Below, in pieces: positions 51,702-60,960 of a DNA stretch of 64,000 nucleotides. This DNA is from Halarcobacter sp. (GTDB lineage Bacteria > Campylobacterota > Campylobacteria > Campylobacterales > Arcobacteraceae). Below the pieces are notes generated by a model that saw only the letters and a list, made by a program, of their open reading frames with translations, searched no databases and was not told the origin of the DNA. The translations under genes were made by a program, and so were the position numbers. Within the stretch, counting starts at the first letter, position 1. Each line of letters begins with the position of its first letter. The stretch is taken from contig OY781089.1 in the NCBI GenBank assembly GCA_963676565.1, positions 2,112,001-2,176,000 of the forward strand, read 5' to 3'.

Positions 51702-51840
51702 GAAATTAAAAGAGAAAAGAACAAGATGTATTGTTTACACAAGAGTTATGGGGTATCACAGACCAGTTGAGAGTTTTAATATTGGTAAAAAAGGTGAACA
51801 TTCTCAAAGAGTAAAATTCATTGAAAAAGATAATTTATAA
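51682..51840 (+). CDS. 52-aa stand-alone NrdD glycyl-radical domain
   Basis: Not in ORF track. GAGGAG then ATG; MKSLEPEKLKEKRTRCIVYTRVMGYHRPVESFNIGKKGEHSQRVKFIEKDNL. Confidence 0.88.
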   Translation: MKSLEPEKLKEKRTRCIVYTRVMGYHRPVESFNIGKKGEHSQRVKFIEKDNL

Positions 51841-52492
51841 TATAACACCGTTTACAACGGTTGATTATAAAGATCATTTATCTTGTATTGTATGGTTTAA
51901 TTCATGCAATATGAGATGTAAATATTGTTATAACCCTGATATTGTTAATTCAAAATCAGGGCTTTATACAATTGAGGATTTATGTATTTTTTTAACGAAA
52001 AGGGTAGGTTTATTAGATGGTGTTGTATTAAGTGGTGGTGAAGCTTCATTGCATGATTTAAAATATGTTTGTAAATGTATTGCAGATTTAGGTTTTAAAA
52101 TTAAACTTGATACAAATGGCTCAAATCCTAATATGATAAAAACTCTTTTAGATCAAAAACTATTAGATTTTGTAGCAATTGATTTTAAATCAACAAAAGA
52201 TAAATTTTATGAGATTACAAAATCTAATTATTACAATAAATTTTTAGAATCACTACATCTACTTAAAAACTCAGCTATTGAGTATGAAGTAAGAACAACT
52301 TTACATGAAGATTTATTAGATGAGGATGATATAAATGAGATGCAAACAGTTTTGATTGAAAATGGATATCATCAAAACTATTACATCCAAAAATTTTTAG
52401 AGACTGAAAATTTAAGTAATTTAAAATCATCGGAAAAACTATTTGATAAAAGTAAACTTCTTACTAATCTAAATATAGTTTGGAGAAATTAA
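51821..52492 (+). CDS. nrdG: anaerobic RNR activating radical SAM enzyme
   Basis: CNMRCKYCYNP, GVVLSGGE, KLDTNGS, EVRTT; downstream of nrdD. Confidence 0.9.
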   Translation: MKKIIYNITPFTTVDYKDHLSCIVWFNSCNMRCKYCYNPDIVNSKSGLYTIEDLCIFLTKRVGLLDGVVLSGGEASLHDLKYVCKCIADLGFKIKLDTNGSNPNMIKTLLDQKLLDFVAIDFKSTKDKFYEITKSNYYNKFLESLHLLKNSAIEYEVRTTLHEDLLDEDDINEMQTVLIENGYHQNYYIQKFLETENLSNLKSSEKLFDKSKLLTNLNIVWRN

Positions 52493-52493
52493 T

Positions 52494-53174
52494 CTACTTA
52501 TTTATAATATAACCTTGTCCTGAAATATTTTTTATTAACTCTTTGTTTGTTTTAGCTCTAAGTCTTTTTACAAATGTTCTTAATCTTTCATCTGTAACAC
52601 CATCTTCATCCCAAAGGGTAGATTTAATATTATTTGAAGAAGTGATGTTATTTCTATCACCAAGGAGTAAAGATATAAACTTCTTTTCCCTTTTTGTAAT
52701 ATTGACTAGTTTTTCATTTTCAAAAAGATTATTTGTATTTGTATCAAATGAAAAATCTTTATTTAAACATACTATTCTGTTTTTATTTAACTTATTTGCA
52801 ATAAAAATCAAATATTCTAAAACCTCTTCAGGGTCAAATGGTTTTATGAAATATTTTGTAATACCAATATCAATAGCTTTTAATAATTTATCTTTATCAG
52901 AAAAGGCACTAAGAACAATAATAGGAATATCCTCATTCATTGTTCTAATTTCTTTTGTCATCTCTAATCCATCAAGATTTGGCATCATTATATCAGTTAT
53001 TACAATATCCGGATTGATATTTTTAAACTTTTCAAGACCTTCAAGACCATCACTTGCAAGGGAAAAAGAATAAAAGTAATCTGATAGGGCATCCTTTAAA
53101 AGTTTTGAGATATTTACCTCATCTTCCACAAATAGTATTTTTAATTCTTTTAGTATTGATTCATCATTACTCAT
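52494..53174 (-). CDS. OmpR-family response regulator
   Basis: VEDE, TDIMMP, KPF, VKRLRAK, SGQGY. Confidence 0.92.
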   Translation of the reverse strand: MSNDESILKELKILFVEDEVNISKLLKDALSDYFYSFSLASDGLEGLEKFKNINPDIVITDIMMPNLDGLEMTKEIRTMNEDIPIIVLSAFSDKDKLLKAIDIGITKYFIKPFDPEEVLEYLIFIANKLNKNRIVCLNKDFSFDTNTNNLFENEKLVNITKREKKFISLLLGDRNNITSSNNIKSTLWDEDGVTDERLRTFVKRLRAKTNKELIKNISGQGYIINK

Positions 53175-54378
53175 TATTTTCTCCTAATGGTATTTTAATT
53201 GTAAATTTTAAACCATTATTTATATTCTCAACTCTTATTGTACCATCTAAACTCTTTTCAATAATCATTTTTGACATAAATAAACCAAGCCCTGTTCCAT
53301 TACTTTGATGTTTTGTAGTAAAATAAGGTTCAAAGATTTTATCAAGTGAATTTTCTTTTGCTCCACCAGCGTTATCACAAAATTGTAATACTGCATAGTT
53401 TTCCTCTTTTTTTACCAAAATAGTTACTTTTTTATCTTTTATCTCATTTACTTTAAAGGCTTCAATTGAGTTTTGTATTAAGTTAATTATCACTTGTGAT
53501 AGTTCGTTTAATACTCCAAAAACTTCTATCTCTTCAAAATCTGTTTGAATATTTAAACTCTCTTTTTGAACAAGTTTTCTTGTAATTAATAATGAATCAT
53601 TTATCGCATTTGTTAAGAAAAATTTCTCTTTTGGTTTATTTGGATTAAAAAAGTTAGAAAAATCATCAATTGTTTGTGACATGTTTTCAATAATTCCAAG
53701 TGAATCTTTATAATATAAATCAAGTTTTTCTAAATCACCTTTTTTGGCAGTTTTTTTAATATTGAACATAGTAAGACTAAGTTCTGTTAATGGTTGCCTC
53801 CACTGATGGGCTATATTTGCAAGCATTTGTCCTAAACTTGCCATTCTAGATTGCCAGAAAAGCATTTTTTGTTTCTCTTTATTTTTGGCAATTTCTTCAT
53901 TTACCCTATGTTCTAAGGTTTGGTTTAGCTCAATTAATTGTGCTGTTTGCTCTTTTACTCTTTGCTCTAGAGTTTTATTTAAAGTTAATAGTTCTTTATC
54001 TTTTTTCTCTAATGTTTTTTTTAATTCTACTTCTTTTGTAACATCATATCTAATAGCAATAAACTCTTTTATCTCATCCTTTTCATCAAGGATTGGAGTT
54101 ATTGTTGTATTTAAATAAACAGTTGACCCATCTTTGCATTTATTTTTAACTGTTGTCTTATATGACTTTTTATCTAAAATTGTTGTCCATAGTTTTTCAA
54201 AATCTTCTTCTGGAACTTCTGGATGTCTAACAATATTGTGATTAGCTCCTAGAAGTTCTTCCTTTGAAAAACCAGAGATTCTACAAAACTCATCATTTAC
54301 AAAGGTTATTACACCATTAATATCTGTTTTAGAAACTACATTGGAATTTTCAATAGCTTCTTGATATGTTTGACCCAT
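53167..54378 (-). CDS. PAS-domain sensor histidine kinase (paired with adjacent regulator)
   Basis: PAS (ANHNIVRHP), IAHQWRQPL, DNAGG, GTGLGL. Confidence 0.92.
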   Translation of the reverse strand: MGQTYQEAIENSNVVSKTDINGVITFVNDEFCRISGFSKEELLGANHNIVRHPEVPEEDFEKLWTTILDKKSYKTTVKNKCKDGSTVYLNTTITPILDEKDEIKEFIAIRYDVTKEVELKKTLEKKDKELLTLNKTLEQRVKEQTAQLIELNQTLEHRVNEEIAKNKEKQKMLFWQSRMASLGQMLANIAHQWRQPLTELSLTMFNIKKTAKKGDLEKLDLYYKDSLGIIENMSQTIDDFSNFFNPNKPKEKFFLTNAINDSLLITRKLVQKESLNIQTDFEEIEVFGVLNELSQVIINLIQNSIEAFKVNEIKDKKVTILVKKEENYAVLQFCDNAGGAKENSLDKIFEPYFTTKHQSNGTGLGLFMSKMIIEKSLDGTIRVENINNGLKFTIKIPLGENNE

Positions 54379-54400
54379 TATTTATTTTTATACCTTAATA

Positions 54401-55372
54401 CTATTTACTTAATAACTCACAAGCTTCTTTTGCATGGTAAGTGATAATTAAATCAGCACCAGCTCTTTTAAATCCAACTAAAGTTTCTATCATAACTCTT
54501 TCATAATCAATAAGTCCAGCTGCTCCTGCATGTTTTAACATTGCATATTCACCACTTACATTATATGCACAAATTGGAAGATTAGAATTATTTCTAATAT
54601 CTCTAATAACATCCATAAACGCTAATGCTGGTTTAACCATAAGTATATCTGCACCTTGTTTCTCATCTTCAATTGATTCTTCTAAAGCTTCAAGTCTATT
54701 TGCTGGATTCATTTGATATGTTCTTCTATCACCAAAACTTGGAGTAGATTCTGCAACATCTCTAAAAGGACCATAATATGCACTTGCAAATTTAGTTGAA
54801 TAAGCCATAATAGGTAAGTCTTTATAACCATTTGCATCTAATGCAGTTCTTAATGTTTCTATAATACCATCCATCATTCCACTTGGAGCAATCATATCAG
54901 CTCCAGCTTTTGCATGAACAATTGCTTGTTGAGCAGATATCTCTAAGGTTTTGTCATTATCAACTGTTTGTGTTTTTGGATCAAGTATTCCACAATGCCC
55001 ATGGTCTGTATATTCACAAAAACATAAATCAGTCACAATAAACATATCTGGAAATTTTGCTTTTATTGCTTTAATTGTTCTTGCAATAATACTTTCTTCA
55101 CATAAACATTCACTACCAACTGAATCTTTTACATCGGGAATACCAAATAAAATAATAGATTTTAATCCAATTGTTCTAATATATTCACACTCTTTTAATA
55201 TTTCATCAATACTCATTTGAAATACACCTGGCATAGATGATACTTCTATTTTAATATTTTCACCTTCTTTTACAAATAATGGATATATAAAGTCATTCTT
55301 TGTTAATGTAGTTTCTTGTACTAAATTTCTTAGAGTTTCATTAATTCTAAGTCTTCTAAATCTTTTAAACAT
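54401..55372 (-). CDS. hemB: porphobilinogen synthase
   Basis: DLCFCEYTDHGHCG, APSGMMDG, YGPFRD, MVKP, YNVSGEY. Confidence 0.97.
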   Translation of the reverse strand: MFKRFRRLRINETLRNLVQETTLTKNDFIYPLFVKEGENIKIEVSSMPGVFQMSIDEILKECEYIRTIGLKSIILFGIPDVKDSVGSECLCEESIIARTIKAIKAKFPDMFIVTDLCFCEYTDHGHCGILDPKTQTVDNDKTLEISAQQAIVHAKAGADMIAPSGMMDGIIETLRTALDANGYKDLPIMAYSTKFASAYYGPFRDVAESTPSFGDRRTYQMNPANRLEALEESIEDEKQGADILMVKPALAFMDVIRDIRNNSNLPICAYNVSGEYAMLKHAGAAGLIDYERVMIETLVGFKRAGADLIITYHAKEACELLSK

Positions 55373-55432
55373 TTTATTTACCTTTGTTCGCTATAATCTC
55401 GGGTATTTTAACAATTTAAGGTTTAAAAAGAT

Positions 55433-56008
55433 ATGAATATAGAAAAGTCAAATATTGCTAATTTACCTACTAAATATGGAAAATTTAAAATAAGAGCTTA
55501 TAAACAAAATAATCAAGAACACTTAGCAATAATGAGCGAAAACTTCAACGAAATAGAAACCCCTTATGTAAGAATTCATTCAGAATGTTTAACTGGTGAT
55601 ACTTTAGGAAGTTTAAAATGTGATTGTCAAAATCAGTTAGATTTATCTTTAAAATTTATTGCCCAAGAGGGTGGTTTAGTAATTTATCACAGACAAGAAG
55701 GAAGAAATATAGGTTTATTAAATAAAGTAAATGCATATGCACTTCAAGATCAAGGAAGAAATACTATAGAAGCTAATTTAGAACTAGGTTTTGGAGAAGA
55801 TGATAGAGATTATTCGGTTGTAGAAGAGATATTTAAAGATTTAAATTTGAAGAAAATTAAATTAATTACGAATAATCCTAAAAAAATTGAATATGTTGAA
55901 TCTATTGGTGTGAAAATAGTTGATAGAATCCCTGCAATTACAAAATTAAATAAATTTAACGAACATTATGTAAACACAAAAAAAGAAAAAATGGGACATC
56001 TTTTTTAA
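55433..56008 (+). CDS. ribA: GTP cyclohydrolase II
   Basis: RIHSECLTGD..GSLKCDC, QEGRNIGL, TNNPKK. Confidence 0.96.
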   Translation: MNIEKSNIANLPTKYGKFKIRAYKQNNQEHLAIMSENFNEIETPYVRIHSECLTGDTLGSLKCDCQNQLDLSLKFIAQEGGLVIYHRQEGRNIGLLNKVNAYALQDQGRNTIEANLELGFGEDDRDYSVVEEIFKDLNLKKIKLITNNPKKIEYVESIGVKIVDRIPAITKLNKFNEHYVNTKKEKMGHLF

Positions 56009-56586
56009 TGTTTGATAAAAATCAATTAATTGAGTTTAATCTTGACGATGAGTTTATAAAAAGGTGTGAAACCTTTACTTCACTTTTAAAACAGTGGGGA
56101 AAGGTTCACAATTTAAGTGGAAGTTTAGATGATAAAAGTATTAAAGAAAATATTATGGATTCTATTTATCCACTTTCATTTATTGATAGTTTTGACAGCT
56201 TTGCAGATATTGGAACTGGAGCAGGTTATCCAGGTTTAATTCTAGCTATGGCTAATTCAAAGGCTAAATGTTATTTAATCGAACCAAGATTAAAAAGAGT
56301 CGCTTTTTTAAATTTTGTGAAAAATACTTTAAAACTAAAAAATGTTGAAGTTATAGCAAAAAGAGTTGAAGAAGTAGAAGGTGTAGAGGTTGATTTAATA
56401 ACATCAAGGGCTGTAACAAATACTAAACTTTTAATGGATATAACAAAAACAATAAAAAAAGATAATAGTAGTTTTCTTTTTTATAAAGGTTCTTTGTTAA
56501 ATGATGAGTTAGAAGAAGCAAAAATCAATAATCAAAAAATAGTAAAAAGAAATGATAGAAACTATTTATATATAAAAGGTAATTAA
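56008..56586 (+). CDS. rsmG: 16S rRNA m7G527 methyltransferase
   Basis: WGKVHNL, DIGTGAGYPG, TSRAV. Confidence 0.92.
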   Translation: MFDKNQLIEFNLDDEFIKRCETFTSLLKQWGKVHNLSGSLDDKSIKENIMDSIYPLSFIDSFDSFADIGTGAGYPGLILAMANSKAKCYLIEPRLKRVAFLNFVKNTLKLKNVEVIAKRVEEVEGVEVDLITSRAVTNTKLLMDITKTIKKDNSSFLFYKGSLLNDELEEAKINNQKIVKRNDRNYLYIKGN

Positions 56587-56587
56587 C

Positions 56588-56806
56588 ATGATATTAAAAA
56601 TTTTGGCTGTGGCGGTAGTTCTTTTTTTAATTTACATTGTTCTATTTAAAAAAGATAGAGAAAAAAGTGTAAAAAAAGAAGATGAGAAAATAGAAGATAT
56701 TATGGTTGAGTGTCCAACATGCTCAACTTTTGTATCTAAAAAAGAAGCAATTTTAAGTAATGGACATTTTTATTGTTCAAAAGATTGTTTAATAAATAAA
56801 AAATAG
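56588..56806 (+). CDS. membrane-anchored zinc-finger protein (PP0621-like)
   Basis: N-terminal TM, MVECPTC...YCSKDC. Confidence 0.75.
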   Translation: MILKILAVAVVLFLIYIVLFKKDREKSVKKEDEKIEDIMVECPTCSTFVSKKEAILSNGHFYCSKDCLINKK

Positions 56807-56814
56807 GTGGTTAT

Positions 56815-57189
56815 ATGATACTAATTGGAGATAGACTTATTCCATATGAAACAATTTCATTTATAGATTCAATAGCAGATATTGATCATACTTTACCTAA
56901 CTCAACTTTGGTTTTTAACTATGATGAAAATTTAGTTTTATTTACAAGGAAAAATCATGTAAATTGTGCGGTTGTTGTTAAAAGTATAAAAGAAGCAATA
57001 TATTGTAATGCTTTAAATTCAAAATATATAATTTGTGATAAAAAATTAGCAAAAAGTGTTCAAAAGATTGCAGAGAATTATATGTTTGATTCTAAAGTTC
57101 TTGCAATAATTGAAGATGATGATGAGATTGAAAAAATTGCTTTATCAGAGATTGATGGCGTTATCTACTCATACTTACTAAATAAATAA
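56815..57189 (+). CDS. hypothetical protein
   Basis: 124-aa ORF with AGGTGG RBS, in operon after the zinc-finger gene; ends IDGVI. Confidence 0.7.
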   Translation: MILIGDRLIPYETISFIDSIADIDHTLPNSTLVFNYDENLVLFTRKNHVNCAVVVKSIKEAIYCNALNSKYIICDKKLAKSVQKIAENYMFDSKVLAIIEDDDEIEKIALSEIDGVIYSYLLNK

Positions 57190-57325
57190 CTTCTTCTTAT
57201 ATTAGAAGGAGTTATCTCCTCCATAAAAACTTTTTCATAACTTTAATTTATATTAAATATTAATCTAACAAAAAATTAACATATTACACTTATAATTTAA
57301 TCTAAATTTTAAATAAGGAGTTTCT

Positions 57326-58663
57326 ATGGATTTAATAGGACAATTCCCATTGTTTTATTTTCCTGATTATGGAAGTGCTTGGATGATGGGTGTTACAGGA
57401 ACTATCCATATCTTAGCGTCACATACATCAGTTGGTGCTGCAATGCTATTTGCATTTTTGGCTTATAAAGCTTATAAAGAAAATCGTACTGATCTATACC
57501 CATACATGAAAAAGTATGGTATGTTTTTACTGATTTTTTCTTATGTTATTGGTTCAATAACAGGGCCAGGTATTTGGTATACAGCAACAGCTGCAAGTCC
57601 CCGTGGTATTAGTGCCCTCATACACAACTTTGTTTGGGTTTGGGCTACTGAATGGGTATTTTTTGTATATGAGGTAATTGGTGTTTTTGTATTAGTTTAT
57701 TTTATAGATAAAATAGATAAAAAAACACATCTTAAACTAACTTTTACCTTTGCCTTAGCTTCAGTTGGTACTTTAGCTTTAATTATAGGAATCATAAGTT
57801 TTATGATGTGGCCTGGAACTACAGCTTATTATGCAACAGGAAGTGCAAGTGATGCCTTCTTTGGATTAAATACTTTCCCTCATATGTTCCTTAGAATTGG
57901 ATTTATGATTATGCTCTCAGGTGTTATTGGTTTAGTTATTTCAAGTGCTATAAAAAAAGACAATGAAGCGTTATCAGCTGAACTTAGTAAAAAAATGGGT
58001 TATGTAAGCTTACTAGGTGGATTTCTTGTAATGTTCTTCTTTATGTGGTATATGGGTACTTTACCTGATAATGCACATGCTGTGTTTAATGTAACTAAAG
58101 ATTCAGTTATTCAAAGTAGAATTATTTTGACAATCATTTTCTCTATTTATTTTTTAATTGCTATTGTTAAACCAAAATTTATTAATACGCCATTGGCAGG
58201 GATAATGATATTTGTAATCTTAATTGGAGGAATCTGGCCAGGTGAAAAATTAAGAGAATCTATGAGAAAACCTTATGTTGCTGGACAATATATCTATTCA
58301 AATCAAATTATTAGTAGAGATGTAGAAGGTAAAGGGATTAAAAGTGAACTTCCTATAATAGCCGAAAAAGGTCTTTTAAAAGTTAATCCATTTATACCAG
58401 ATAACCTAAGAACAATTACTGCTGAAAATAAACTTCAAGTTGGAGAGTTGTTAACAAAAATGTCATGTTCAAACTGTCACTCTTTAGAAACTACAGGGGT
58501 ATATAGACCATTAAAAGATAGATTAAAAGGGATGGATAAAGAGGGTGTTAAATCTATTCTTTATGCAATGGGTAGTGGAGCATTCCCTTATATGCCTAAA
58601 CTACAATTACCAGATGATGAATATGATGCAATTGCTGAATATATTGCATCATTAAAATATTAA
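57326..58663 (+). CDS. cytochrome bd subunit I (CydA)-like membrane protein with C-terminal c-type haem domain
   Basis: About 9 TM; IHILASH, GSITGPGIW, WATEWVFFVYE, FMMWPG, RESMRKPY; CSNCH plus PYMP. Confidence 0.7.
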   Translation: MDLIGQFPLFYFPDYGSAWMMGVTGTIHILASHTSVGAAMLFAFLAYKAYKENRTDLYPYMKKYGMFLLIFSYVIGSITGPGIWYTATAASPRGISALIHNFVWVWATEWVFFVYEVIGVFVLVYFIDKIDKKTHLKLTFTFALASVGTLALIIGIISFMMWPGTTAYYATGSASDAFFGLNTFPHMFLRIGFMIMLSGVIGLVISSAIKKDNEALSAELSKKMGYVSLLGGFLVMFFFMWYMGTLPDNAHAVFNVTKDSVIQSRIILTIIFSIYFLIAIVKPKFINTPLAGIMIFVILIGGIWPGEKLRESMRKPYVAGQYIYSNQIISRDVEGKGIKSELPIIAEKGLLKVNPFIPDNLRTITAENKLQVGELLTKMSCSNCHSLETTGVYRPLKDRLKGMDKEGVKSILYAMGSGAFPYMPKLQLPDDEYDAIAEYIASLKY

Positions 58664-58673
58664 AGGAGGATTT

Positions 58674-59870
58674 ATGGACGCATCTGCTTTATTAGCCCTT
58701 AGGGACCCAGCTGGGGTACCATTTTATCCTATTGTATTTCAAGGTCTTTATGTACTAACTTGGGCTTTACATGCTGCTTTTGTTTTATTGGCTTTAGGAT
58801 CAATGGGTTTATCGTTATATGGAACACTAAAACAAAAAAGTGATCCAAGTTGGAAAATCTTAACTCCCCATTTAATACAAACAGGGAAAATAAGTGTTTC
58901 AATATTGATTGTTCTTGGTGTAGCACCTTTATTGTTTACCCAAGTTATTTATGATCCAAACTGGTATGTGGCAAACACTTTGTCAGGTATGTGGGTATTT
59001 ATATTTATTTATACTTTAGTTATTGGTTATATCCTTTATTATTGGTATTACTATGCAAATAAAGCAAAAGAGGGTGGAGGAAGACTTATTGGTATTGTCT
59101 CTTTCTTTATTTTAGTTTTTGCTGGTTTTTTAATGCATAACTTTGCAGTTACATCAATTATGCCTAATGATTGGATGAATATGTATGCACCAAATGGTGT
59201 TGTTGATACTAGTGGTTGGACTTTAAATATTAAACTTGTTAGATTATTATTCTTTGTAAGTTTATCTATACCAGTTGTTGGTATATTTTTACAAAACTAT
59301 AGTAGATTCTTAAGTACAAGAGATGATTTTAAAGGGGATTTTATTCAGTATGCAAGCTCTTTAGGTACAAAATTAACAGTTGTTGGATTATTAATTAGTG
59401 CAGTATTTTTTGTTCTTTGGATGATCTCTATTGGTTACTTAATGCACCCTTTAAGTATATCAATCATTGTAGGTGTAGTTGCTTTATTAATTATCTCTTA
59501 CTCTAATTCAAATAGTTATGTTACCACTGGTATTTTAGTTGTTGTTGCCTTATTGATTTCAGCAATGAGGGAGTTAATAAGATTTGATATTATGAGTAAT
59601 TTAGGATATAATATTTATGATTATCCTGTTAATTTAGAGATACCATCAATTGTAATGTTCTTATTAACATTTTTAATTATGGGTGGTATTGGTGTTGCTT
59701 ATTTACTAACAATGGCTTGGAAAGTTGGAAAATCTCAAGAACCTGTGTTTGATGGTACAAAAGACAAGGCTGTTACAAGATTAGGTAATTATACTCTTGT
59801 GATAATGGTTGCTTGGATGGCTATTTATTTTGCTTGGGGTATGTTTATTTTATTTAAAAACATACTATAA
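58674..59870 (+). CDS. polytopic membrane partner subunit (CydA'-like paralogue)
   Basis: About 11 TM; LTWALHAAFV, LGVAPLLFTQ, LMHNF, MRELIR; 10 nt after the previous gene with AAGGAGG RBS. Confidence 0.6.
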   Translation: MDASALLALRDPAGVPFYPIVFQGLYVLTWALHAAFVLLALGSMGLSLYGTLKQKSDPSWKILTPHLIQTGKISVSILIVLGVAPLLFTQVIYDPNWYVANTLSGMWVFIFIYTLVIGYILYYWYYYANKAKEGGGRLIGIVSFFILVFAGFLMHNFAVTSIMPNDWMNMYAPNGVVDTSGWTLNIKLVRLLFFVSLSIPVVGIFLQNYSRFLSTRDDFKGDFIQYASSLGTKLTVVGLLISAVFFVLWMISIGYLMHPLSISIIVGVVALLIISYSNSNSYVTTGILVVVALLISAMRELIRFDIMSNLGYNIYDYPVNLEIPSIVMFLLTFLIMGGIGVAYLLTMAWKVGKSQEPVFDGTKDKAVTRLGNYTLVIMVAWMAIYFAWGMFILFKNIL

Positions 59871-59890
59871 AATTATAAAAAATATATATA

Positions 59891-59922
59891 AAGCTAAAAG
59901 GGGTAATTACTCCTTTTGCTTT
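59891..59922 (+). terminator. intrinsic terminator-like hairpin
   Basis: aagctaaaaggggtaattactccttttgcttt after the two-gene cytochrome operon. Confidence 0.55.
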
Positions 59923-59941
59923 ATCTCTAAAGATATGGAAA

Positions 59942-60607
59942 ATGGGAACAAAAATACTTTTTTTAGAGGATGATATCCTTTATCAAGATACAATAAAAGA
60001 TTTTTTAGAAGATGACGGTTTTCTTGTTGATACTTGTTCAAATGGAGAACAATTTTTAAATAAAATTTTTGATGATATTTATGATTTATATATTATTGAT
60101 TTAAATGTACCAGAAATTAATGGTTTTGAAATTATGAAAATGCTTGCTGAATATAATGATTCAACAATGAAAATGGTTTTAACTTCTATGAAAGATAGTG
60201 TTAAAAAATCTTTTGAAATTGGATGCGATGATTATTTAAATAAAAATACCGACATAGATGAACTTCTCTTAAGGGTAAAAAGCTTAATAAAAAGAGCTTA
60301 TAACGCTCATTCTGATTATATTGAAATCGCTCAAGATATTAAATATGACTTGTTTAACAAAGAGGTTTACAAGAATAATGAAAATATTGAACTAGATTTG
60401 AAATCACATTTTATTTTAGATTATTTAATTAAAAGAAGAGGTCAATTTGTTTCAAGTTTTGAATTAGAAACAAGTAGTTACCCTTGTAATAGTAAATCTA
60501 AATCAAATGTAATAAGATATCATATTTGGAATCTTAGAAATAGAATTGGAAAAGATATAATAGAATCAAAGAAAAGTTTTGGCTATAGATTAAAGCCACT
60601 TTTTTAA
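59942..60607 (+). CDS. OmpR-family response regulator (orphan)
   Basis: LEDD, IIDLNVP, IWNLRNRI, SFGY. Confidence 0.88.
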   Translation: MGTKILFLEDDILYQDTIKDFLEDDGFLVDTCSNGEQFLNKIFDDIYDLYIIDLNVPEINGFEIMKMLAEYNDSTMKMVLTSMKDSVKKSFEIGCDDYLNKNTDIDELLLRVKSLIKRAYNAHSDYIEIAQDIKYDLFNKEVYKNNENIELDLKSHFILDYLIKRRGQFVSSFELETSSYPCNSKSKSNVIRYHIWNLRNRIGKDIIESKKSFGYRLKPLF

Positions 60608-60642
60608 GTGACTTTAATTAGATAGTAGGAGGTGTTCAAACA

Positions 60643-60762
60643 ATGTCTTATTTGTTTGAATCAATAAAATTATATATTCAAAGTGTTAATTTTTTATTAG
60701 TTTTTTTAAAACTATATTCTTTTTTTCAAAATCTTTCTTACCAAAAAATAAGTAACTTTTAG
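60643..60762 (+). CDS. candidate 39-aa hydrophobic small protein
   Basis: Not in ORF track. AGGAGGT RBS then MSYLFESIKLYIQSVNFLLVFLKLYSFFQNLSYQKISNF. Confidence 0.3.
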   Translation: MSYLFESIKLYIQSVNFLLVFLKLYSFFQNLSYQKISNF

Positions 60763-60801
60763 ATATCATATTTGCCTTTAATAAATACCATTAGGATTAA
60801 C

Positions 60802-60960
60802 TTGAAAGAGATTTTAGACGTAATTATACTTATATTATTTGCCTTTATGATTTTTATGTTTATTAAAGGTTTTAATAAACAACAAATAGAAAAGCATGCA
60901 AAAAAAATAGATGAAAATGAGAAAACTGATAGCAAGAAGAAGGAACCTGTAAATGAATAA
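60802..60960 (+). CDS. small single-pass membrane protein
   Basis: TTG start after AGGA, one TM, charged tail, overlaps glyS start (ORF track start 60772). Confidence 0.6.
   Translation: MKEILDVIILILFAFMIFMFIKGFNKQQIEKHAKKIDENEKTDSKKKEPVNE

Noticed and set aside
51699..51770. Selenocysteine or stop read-through at the nrdD TGA
   Set aside because: The in-frame continuation has no RxxGY and soon stops. The glycyl motif is in the +1 frame with its own RBS.
57255..57296. TAACA repeats 11 bp apart upstream of the CydA-like operon
   Set aside because: Too short and AT-rich to distinguish from background.
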